A stretch of 19,247 nucleotides of DNA from Octopus sinensis (lineage: Eukaryota): positions 1 through 19,247 of the forward strand of contig NW_021824305.1 of the NCBI RefSeq assembly GCF_006345805.1, read 5' to 3'. The position numbers were made by a program, and so were the translations under genes. Shown piece after piece: positions 9,417 through 17,185 of this stretch. Within the stretch, counting starts at the first letter, position 1. Each line of letters opens with the position of its first letter. A model generated the notes under the pieces. That model was not told where the DNA came from and did not search any database. It saw only the letters and a list, made by a program, of their open reading frames with translations.

Positions 9417-9458
<42 letters not shown>
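8568..9458. repeat. About 890-bp compound trinucleotide array (CAT/CGT/CAC/CAG/CCT), probably an expanded SINE tail
   Basis: Seen directly. It abuts the 3' end of the minus-strand SINE (...GGCGACTTAAAATGATGATG) and contains an internal 141-bp duplication (GCAGCAGCAC blocks at 8681 and 8822). Confidence 0.9.
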
Positions 9459-9917
9459 TTTAAGTCGCCTTTCAGTTCATCAGAATCCGACAGGTCTTAG
9501 AGCAGCACGTTGCTCCGACTGTTTCAGTTCGAGTCTGTTTACCTTCGCTGGATGCCACTCTTAACTTATTCCAGTGTACAAAATATACTGGAAAGCATCG
9601 CTGCACCGATTCTCAGAAGATTAAGGATGCTCTCGGTATGAGCTCCAGGGCAGCACAATTATGATTTTGCCGATTGCGTTACATGTCTATGCAGGTGCGA
9701 ATCGATATACACATTTTCACGGTCTTCCCACTCTGAGTCCAGTAATTCATCAAAGTTGTGACATCTGACGACAGAAAGGACCCTAACAGCAACTAACGGG
9801 TCCTCATACTCCGCCGAATAGATTATCACCCGGAGTGTTTTGATGAAAGCACAACGCTCCAACCTAAGGAGAAATCGAACCTTTAATCTTATGATCCTGG
9901 TGCGGATACGTCTAACC
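9459..9917 (-). mobile_element. Old full-length tRNA-derived SINE with a (TGA)n tail
   Basis: The minus strand reads GGTTAGACG...GGTTCGATT (A/B boxes), GTTGTGCTTTCATCAAAACACT, GGCATCCAGC, and a 3' end GGCGACTTAAAA(TGA)n typical of L2/CR1-partnered SINEs. Confidence 0.65.
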
Positions 9918-9970
9918 CTTATGCTGCGAGCCTAGATTGAAAACATAAATACAGTTTCAGAATATGATTT

Positions 9971-10149
9971 CTTTTGTCGAACAAATTGACCCCATCACTT
10001 ATTCTTGGTAAGCTTAGTAATTATTCTATTGGTCTATTTTGCTGAACAACTAAGTTACAGGGCCGTAAACACACCAACATCGGTTACCAGGTGATGGTGG
10101 GGAGATAAACATAGACAAACGAATACATACATACATACACACGCACGTC

Positions 10150-10150
<1 letters not shown>
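9971..10150 (-). mobile_element. Inverted duplicate of the 3' half of the SINE at 10638-11144
   Basis: Roughly 95% identical by eye to 10912-11093. It shares private variants (TCTCCCCACCATCACCTGG, AATAATTACTAAGC) that differ from the 1097 copy. Confidence 0.85.
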
Positions 10151-10200
<50 letters not shown>

Positions 10201-10210
<10 letters not shown>

Positions 10211-10335
10211 TATACATATATATGTTTGTATCTGCAGGTATATGTAAGTCTATGTACACATGGGTCTGGGTTCGGTGTCTTCTACTATAGCCTTGGGTCG
10301 ACCAAAGCCTTGTGAGTGGATTTGGCAGATGGAAA
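10201..10335 (+). repeat. Direct duplicate of about 10729-10863 (SINE 5' half plus flank)
   Basis: 10223-10335 versus 10751-10863 differ at 2 of 113 positions and share the same internal deletion (TTCGGTGTCTTC junction). Confidence 0.9.
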
Positions 10336-10637
10336 TACTAAATTAATTAATTAGTAATTTCTTAATGTAACAGTTAAATGTTCATTTGTCACAGCTAAAT
10401 GTTAGCTTGGCGTCGTTAGTATCAGGACAATTGGCATAAATACAATAAATGCTATTCCGTTTTATGGAAATTCTTGCTGCTTGAACAAATTGATGTAATT
10501 AATACTAATTTTCAAAAGATAATTTATCCTTACCTGAAAATATATTTAGACAAAGGATAAGTTTGTTATTTGTATAACACTTCTTGTTATAAAAGTTCTA
10601 CTCAGTCTTTTTACATCCGGAACCCATGGTTCTGGGT

Positions 10638-10673
10638 TCCCAACCACATATATATGCACACACACTCATATGT

Positions 10674-10738
<65 letters not shown>

Positions 10739-11144
10739 TATACATATATATGTTTGTATCTGCAGGTATATTTAAGTCTATGTACACATGGTTCTGGGTT
10801 CGGTGTCTTCTACTATAGCCTTGGGTCGACCAAAGCCTTGTGAGTGGATTTGGCAGATGGAAACTAAAAGAAGACCGTCGTATATATATATTATATATAT
10901 ATATATATAATATATATACGAGTGTGTGTGTATGTATGTATTCGTGTGTCTATGTTTATCTCCCCACCATCACCTGGTAAGCGATGTTGGTGTGTTTACG
11001 TCCCTGTAACTTAGTTGTTCGGCAAAATAGACCAATAGAATAATTACTAAGCTTACAAAGAATAAGTCATGGGGTCAATTTGTTCGACTAAAGGTCGTTT
11101 GGCAGCATGGCTGCAGTCAAATGACCGAAGCAAGTAAAAGAATA
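10638..11144 (+). mobile_element. CORE-type SINE with a truncated, scrambled head and a (TA)-rich insertion
   Basis: TTCCCAACCACAT, an insertion flanked by CACAT, then GGTTCTGGGTTC...CTATAGCC...GGAAACTAAAAGAAGACCGTCG(TA)n...AAGTAAAAGAATA. Confidence 0.85.
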
Positions 11145-11149
11145 TGGGA

Positions 11150-11212
11150 ACATACATATATATATATATATATGTGTGTGTATGTGTATGTATGTATGTA
11201 TGTATGTATGTA

Positions 11213-11244
<32 letters not shown>

Positions 11245-11263
11245 GATATATATATATATATAC

Positions 11264-11322
<59 letters not shown>
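11150..11322. repeat. (TA)n/(TATG)n microsatellite
   Basis: Seen directly. Confidence 0.9.
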
Positions 11323-11327
<5 letters not shown>

Positions 11328-11444
11328 CCTACGATGAAAAGCATGACTAAAAGAAAGTCAGTCTACCAACCAACCAGCCATTCAACATTTATATCAGTTA
11401 TTATTATATTGAGATAACGTTGATTCAAACGAACACAAACCTCG

Positions 11445-11580
11445 GAGAGGAGTGGCAACTTGTCTGGTACATTATTAGATCCATCGAGGAAGGTTGAAAG
11501 ACAAAAGCCGGTCTCGGCGGGATTCGGTCTCTGATATTAAAGCTTCATAACTAAATATTTTCGAGGCATCCTGTCCGACA
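11445..11580 (-). mobile_element. Old third-family SINE remnant
   Basis: The minus strand GAATCCCGCCGAGACCGGCTTTTGTCTTTCAACCTTCC is collinear with AAATTCCGCCGAGGTCGACTTTGCCTTTCATCC. Confidence 0.55.
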
Positions 11581-11611
11581 TTCGACACATTCTCCCATTC
11601 CACCTATTTGA

Positions 11612-11804
11612 AATATTGGTTCCTAATTTTTTGTACAAGTCCAGTGCCACCGAACCCAGAATTCATCATGCACTTAGTTTATTGAGCTCGAAAAGATGAA
11701 AGGCAAAGTCAACCTCGGCAGAAATGGAACTCACAACGTAAAGACGGACGAAATATCGCAATACATTTTGTCCGGCGTAATAACGATTCTGTCAGCTCTC
11801 TGCC
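11612..11804 (-). mobile_element. Third-family SINE
   Basis: The minus strand reads GGCAGAGAGCTGACAGAATCGTT...GCCGAGGTTGACTTTGCCTTTCATC plus the tail. Confidence 0.85.
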
Positions 11805-11814
11805 TTACCTGTCT

Positions 11815-11970
11815 AAAATATTGATTCCTTGCCTCGGTACAACACCATACATTTGCCAGAAGAAACATTTAGGAGAGTTGAATGTATCGACATCAATATA
11901 TTATTGGTGCTTTAGTTAATAGAGCCATGAACGGAGACCAGCCATGTTGAATTTGATTTGAAGCCTCACC
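11815..11970 (-). mobile_element. Very old third-family SINE remnant
   Basis: The tail AAATATTGATTCC...GTACA resembles 11611-11638, with weak collinear similarity upstream. Confidence 0.35.
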
Positions 11971-12165
11971 GTCACATTTTAATATTGAAACAAAAGAAAA
12001 GAATGACAATAAAATGAAAGCAATTACATTTTTCTTGCGAGTTCGAAAATAGATTTTAAAAAATGCTCTAATAAAAGAAATATATGTAAAATATAACAAG
12101 AAAAAAACTGAACAAGTATAAACAACGAAAGATTAATAAATTAGAATTCTGTTTTAAATTGGTGA

Positions 12166-12194
12166 TGACGTCTCCAGTAGGGAAGATGACGTCA
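12166..12194. promoter_or_regulatory. Paired CRE/ATF motifs
   Basis: TGACGTCT (12166-12173) and a perfect TGACGTCA (12187-12194), both preceded by GA and 21 bp apart. Motif match only. Confidence 0.35.
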
Positions 12195-12267
12195 CTGTTG
12201 TTAGTGATTAATGAATCTCATTCGTAGAAATATGGTGATAACATTTTAACACCTAATTGATTTACAG

Positions 12268-12377
12268 CTTGGAAGAATTCATTTGATTTAGCAGACAGCG
12301 ACGCAAACAACACATTATGTATTCTTGAAGATTACACTATGTGGAAGAGGCAAGATGCAAAAGTACAAGTGAAATAA
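12268..12377 (+). CDS. Candidate exon encoding an EF-hand-like motif (xWKNSFDLADSDANNTLCILEDYTMWKRQDAKVQVK*)
   Basis: Branch-like TTAAC/CTAAT, then TTTACAG acceptor (AG 12266-12267), with an in-frame stop just upstream in the intron. F-x-x-x-D-x-D-x-N-x-x-L-x-x-x-E fits the EF-hand loop pattern. The 3' end is uncertain: GT donors at 12319, 12363 or 12369, a GC donor at 12350, or the stop at 12377. Confidence 0.45.
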
Positions 12378-12514
12378 TCGATTCCTATTTAACATTTCCA
12401 CATGTTCAATTTGAGATTACTTCATGCTGGGTCTAGCAAAAATACTTTAAAAATCCCGATATTGCTCCAATTTCCCTACCGTCGTATTAATAGTCTGGTA
12501 AAATATGTCAGAAA

Positions 12515-12945
12515 AACCTTCCAGTTTTCATACGGTCATTGATGTGGGAAATACTTTCTCCCACTCAGTCATTTTTGTGGGAAATCTTTCTCCCTGCTTT
12601 CATACAACATTTGCAGGAGATTTTTCTCTTGGATTTTTTACGGTCATTGCGGTGGATGTTTTTCCCTCACCCATTTTTTCACGGTGAGTGGTGTGAGGAG
12701 TATCGTTTGGCTCCCAGGTTTTACATACTCATTGGTGGCAGATTGATTTCCCTCCCAGATCTTATACAGCAATTCTGAGAGGTTGTTTTCTTCCTAGATA
12801 TTATACGGTCATTCTGGCGTGCGTGTTTTTCTCTCAAACATTTTAATCCACTAGTAGTGTCACAGGCTTCGTGTTTCCCCAGGTTTTACGTACTCACTGG
12901 TAGCAGATGTATTTTACTCCCAGAATTTATACGGCCATTGCTGTA
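12515..12945. repeat. Diverged 33-46 bp minisatellite with a 165-bp higher-order duplication
   Basis: The core TACGG(T/C)CATT occurs at 12531, 12639, 12804 and 12930. CCCAGGTTTTAC.TACTCA.TGGT.GCAGA occurs at 12713 and 12878. Confidence 0.75.
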
Positions 12946-13419
12946 GCCTCAGTGAATTAAGGCATATGGTAATATTGTCTTCATGTAACTTATATGGCTG
13001 TTCATTACTGGAATCTGTATAAATATCACTATTAAAATAACCATATCCCTGACACGAACCCTAAACGTAATCCTAACTTCCTATGAATCTGGGATATTCA
13101 CACAATATTGAGTCTCAAAATAGTGTGTAGCAATGTGTTAGTGGGGTGGGAGATTCTAGAAAAAGGTATAACGTTAAAAATAAACTTACATTAATGTATA
13201 AATTAAAACTCCGTTTGAATATATCTCTTGTACATGTTTCCGTCATTGGAATACAACAGCAATAGAATTTTACCAAACAAGATGATACTGGCTGTTATCA
13301 TAAATCTGTTACATATTCTATCGTTTCTAACAACGATAAACCAAGTCTCAGAGTCGCAGACACACCCATACTAATTGTCATATAGTGAGGAGATACAAAA
13401 TTATTGACGTAAGTTCACA

Positions 13420-13580
13420 GACTGCCCCAGCGGCTCGCCTCACGAAATACGTGACAAACTTCCGCAAAGTTTCAGCCTACAAAAGAAAGCCGCTCCCAAG
13501 GAAATGGGCGATTTCGGGCTATAACAGAAGAAACTTTTCCAAGTTGGCGATCTCTGGAACAGAACCAACATCTTAAACCA
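13420..13580 (-). mobile_element. Old CORE-type SINE remnant
   Basis: The minus strand CCAACTTGGAAAAGTTTCTTCTGTTATAGCCC aligns with CACCTTGGGCAAGTGTCTTCTACTATAGCC; this explains the ORF at 13385. Confidence 0.6.
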
Positions 13581-13786
13581 TATGTGTGTGTGTGTGTGTG
13601 TTAGTGTGTACTTGCGTGTTTGAGTGTGTGCAAGTAGATAATAAGCATATGCATACAGTCTGTACATTATATAAGAACCTAAATCTATATATGTATGTGT
13701 ATGTGCTCATGTATGCATGTGTATATGTGTGCATCCATGTATATACATACACATGCGTATATGTATATGTATATGTATATGTATAT

Positions 13787-13838
<52 letters not shown>

Positions 13839-13859
13839 ATATATATATATATATGTATA

Positions 13860-13904
<45 letters not shown>

Positions 13905-13938
13905 ATATATATATAGTATATATATATATATATATATA

Positions 13939-14036
<98 letters not shown>

Positions 14037-14037
14037 T
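13580..14037. repeat. (TG)n and long (TA)n microsatellites
   Basis: Seen directly. Confidence 0.9.
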
Positions 14038-14489
14038 TTCAATAATTGAAATATTACTTTATAAAATTTTATATTGTACTGACTCAATTTATGTTCGTTT
14101 TTGAATGCTGTGGGTGCATTCCGATGAACACACACCTACGGTTTAGGGTAATGAATATTTTGAAAAATAGATGACTACAGTAAGCTTAGCGGATGATCTT
14201 TAAGTACTAACTTACAAAAGGTGAAATCAATTGATACCAAGATATCAGTTCTTTCTTTGTGATTTATACAAGGTAAACTTTATTTTATTATATTCGTTGC
14301 ATTCACCATCCGTGTTTCTTTATAGTGAGAAATTTGTGGTTTTGGAGTTTTAACTCCTCTATCTAGCAAGTGCTATTCCGGTACACTACTTTATTTATTT
14401 GCATATTTTACCTATATATGTTAGATTTACTGGCCACTTTATTATTATTTTTATTTTTAATAATGGTAATAAAACTTTTTAAAATTTTA

Positions 14490-14506
14490 TATCTCTATCT
14501 ATCTAA

Positions 14507-14593
<87 letters not shown>

Positions 14594-14674
14594 CCTGTGT
14601 GCCTGTCTGTCTGTATATCTACATATCTGGCTAGCTAGCTACTAAGATAGATACATACATACCTTATATATATA

Positions 14675-14706
<32 letters not shown>
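14490..14706. repeat. (TCTA)n then (TG)n microsatellites
   Basis: Seen directly. Confidence 0.9.
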
Positions 14707-14710
14707 GTAA

Positions 14711-14800
14711 ATGAAAGTCGGAAGATGGAATATACGAGAATCTTTATTATTAATCACAACAATTGTTTCGACACATGTAGCATGTATAAAACTTAGTCTG
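14711..14800 (-). mobile_element. Penelope-like terminal-repeat remnant with the 3' half of a decayed hammerhead
   Basis: The minus strand shows hairpin ATACATG-CTA-CATGTGT, then CGAAAC, palindromic AACAATTGTT and AATAAA. No CTGANGA core is present. Confidence 0.4.
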
Positions 14801-15120
14801 TTAACCCTGGGCTTACACTATGTAGGAAAAATACAAACTGGAAAGTGGTACATAACGCACGGAGGAAACATTTTCATCAATATCTTTAAAAATCACAAAA
14901 AAACATTTCTAATCGAAAAAATAAAAGTGCAATGGAAAACAAATCACGTGACAGGATATGCTCCAATCTCACAACTTTTAAAGTCCTGCTATCGTCTGCC
15001 CACTCTCCAGCGGATTCGGTTACAAGATTTAATTAGAGCTGCACAGATACTGCATGGCTAATATCCAGATCAAATGGAAGAACAAATGCAGTCTCAATAG
15101 ATTCTCTTCCAAATTCAAAT

Positions 15121-15203
15121 AACGTCTTTTACGGAAGTAAATACCATTTCTTACGGAAACACAGCGTCTCGTACGGAAGCAACTACTGTCCCTTACGGAA
15201 AAT
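15121..15203. repeat. Four-copy TACGGAA array (about 21-bp unit, 42-bp dimer)
   Basis: TACGGAA at 15130, 15152, 15172 and 15194; units 1 and 3 and units 2 and 4 share flanking bases. Confidence 0.8.
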
Positions 15204-15504
15204 TGAAAGAAAGACAGTTTAATGAAAAACGTCTCTCTGCGTGTAATATATATCTCAATTGGGTGATAGCCTTGTTTAGAGAATTGAACGAGCTATGAAT
15301 CTAATCTTGTCTTATATTTTAATCCAAATCGTAGCGAATGGCGGTCGCAACAATAAAACATGTAAAGTAATAGAATAGTAACTGGAGCATGCAAATAGGG
15401 CACGTGTGATTGAGATATTTTGATGGCTCACTCCACTTTAATCTGAATAGTCACAAATACAGCTACTCATCCTACACATTTATAAATACATACGACATAC
15501 ACGT

Positions 15505-15870
15505 AACTCTATATACATACATACATGCATACATAAATACATACATACATGCATGCATGCATACATACATACGTGCATACAGACATACAGACATACGTGC
15601 ATACATACATGCATGCATGCATACAGACCTACATACATACATGCACACAGACATACAGACATACAGACATGTGTGTGCGCATGTGTGGCTATAAATGCAT
15701 CTATATATTTTTGTATACATGTGTGTGCATCTATATGTGCATAAATATACGCATATAGACTTATAGATACATGCATACACAAACATATATATGTAAATAT
15801 ATATGTACAGATACCTGTATATATATATATATGTATACATATGTGTGTGTGCATATATATAAACATATAT
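15505..15870. repeat. Degenerate (CATA)n/(CAGA)n/(TA)n microsatellite
   Basis: Seen directly. Confidence 0.9.
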
Positions 15871-16042
15871 ATAAACATAAAATTAAATAAAAATTAAAAT
15901 TAAAAATTCAAGACAATTTTAAAAATCAAAAATAAAATAAAGTAATAAAAATACAAGAGCTGTGTAATCAATCTTTTTGAGTTTTCTGCCTTTTCCTTTG
16001 TCTACTACAAGGCCTCCTTCCACTCCTTCTCCTACCATTCTT

Positions 16043-16126
16043 GCGGAAGAGGACAGTGACGTAAGACTGAGAGAGCGCCAACAACATCATATCAACGATT
16101 GAATCTGCGAACGGAAGACGTCACGG
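16043..16126. promoter_or_regulatory. CpG-containing patch with two ETS-like plus CRE motif pairs
   Basis: CGGAAG (16044-16049) with TGACGTAA (16057-16064), and CGGAAG (16112-16117) overlapping AGACGTCA (16116-16123). Motif-level evidence only. Confidence 0.3.
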
Positions 16127-16174
16127 ATTTGCTAAAAGGATAAGCGTTCGTATTTCGCTCGATAGAGTCTTAAA

Positions 16175-16410
16175 CCCTATAGCGTTCTGATTTCTTTGAT
16201 TAAATGCAACATAGTCTACTTTGTCTAATATAAAAGCGTGTTTATTTACTTTGCTTTTTATTCACTTTCTTGTAGTTTCAATAATAACCAGGTGATTCTT
16301 TAGTTTGAGAGTAACTTTGCAAAGAAGGTATAAGAGACGACTGAGCTCAGCTTCAACATAAAACAGGCAGGATATCTGAGAGGGATACGGCTGGTTTAAA
16401 TGCTATAGGG
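16175..16410. mobile_element. MITE with CCCTATAGC termini (piggyBac-like ends)
   Basis: AACCCTATAGCG (16173-16184) and TGCTATAGGGTT (16401-16412) are inverted at 11/12. The flanks TTAAA and TTCA resemble a decayed TTAA site. Confidence 0.55.
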
Positions 16411-16554
16411 TTCATATCGTGTCAGTGGTGGTCCAGGAAACGACATAACACTAACAAGCTGGACAGTAGAGACTGCTTTGAGATTCCCATCGTATTAATA
16501 ATTTTTTTATTTTTTGTACCAGAGTCACATAACCAACGTTTGTATATTTTTACA

Positions 16555-16790
16555 TCTTTACGTCATGAATATGTGTGCCTTCGTTAGCTCCTGCACGCAT
16601 TTTTTTCTCTCCTTCTTTCTCTCCGTGTTTCTTTTCTGTGTATCTTTCTGTTGAAGAGCGTAGGCTCGAAACGTAAAAGACTTGTTTTATTTCTATTCCT
16701 GAGCGCTATACTAATACAATTGTTTGTTTGTACTCCACCTGCCTTCGTCTTTTGTTTATTTTCGTAAGCTTCCCGTTATATATATATGTA
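16555..16790 (+). mobile_element. Penelope-like terminal repeat (non-autonomous), ending in (TA)n
   Basis: A TC-rich tract, a minimal hammerhead motif and a T-rich 3' part running into (TA)n: the layout known for Penelope-like pseudo-LTRs. Confidence 0.6.
16643..16680 (+). ncRNA. Variant minimal type I hammerhead ribozyme
   Basis: Stem I TCTTT/AAAGA, core CTGTTGA plus an extra A, stem II GAGC-GTAG-GCTC, GAA, loopless palindromic stem III ACGT, and a predicted GUA cleavage site after 16675. Confidence 0.6.
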
Positions 16791-17009
16791 TATATAATTT
16801 CAACAATTGAGGGTAAAATTAATTAATTATTAATCAATTTCACCAAGTATTCAGTATGTAAAGGGACCATTTTAGGCGAATTCAAAATAATTGAGAGAGA
16901 TCTGAGAGAGATCTTCTTTAAGTATTAGAAATAGCTAAAGAAATTTCTTTAGCTGCTATTTCTAATGAGTTCAGTATGTGGCAAAGTAATTTATTTTACT
17001 AAGCCCTTA

Positions 17010-17135
17010 TATATAATATATATAATATATATATATATTATATATATATTATATATATATAATTATATATATATAGATATATATATATATATATATATAT
17101 ATACATTATCATATATATATACCACACACACACAC

Positions 17136-17175
<40 letters not shown>
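17010..17175. repeat. (TA)n-rich microsatellite
   Basis: Seen directly. Confidence 0.9.
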
Positions 17176-17178
<3 letters not shown>

Positions 17179-17185
17179 TGGAAGA

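Noticed and set aside
9470-9483. Minus-strand CTGATGAACTGAAAG hammerhead-like motif
   Set aside because: Only 3 nt lie between the core and GAAA, and no stem I or III can be formed; it sits within the SINE 3' end.
8521-9564. Long poly-Asp, poly-His, poly-Met and poly-Ile/Ser ORFs (for example an Asp-rich biomineralisation-like protein)
   Set aside because: All are translations of one (CAT)n-type array that is open in several frames on both strands and abuts a SINE tail; there is no signal peptide or splice support.
12515-12945. CRISPR-like array
   Set aside because: The units are homologous along their length, with no conserved repeat plus unique spacer pattern, no cas genes, and a eukaryotic context.
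13234-13374. 46-aa ORF with a signal-peptide-like stretch (MILAVIINLLHILSFL)
   Set aside because: It is short, expected by chance in AT-rich DNA, and has no convincing splice donor.
14711-15061. 116-aa ORF
   Set aside because: It starts in the antisense of a repeat remnant and has no recognisable motif or splice support.
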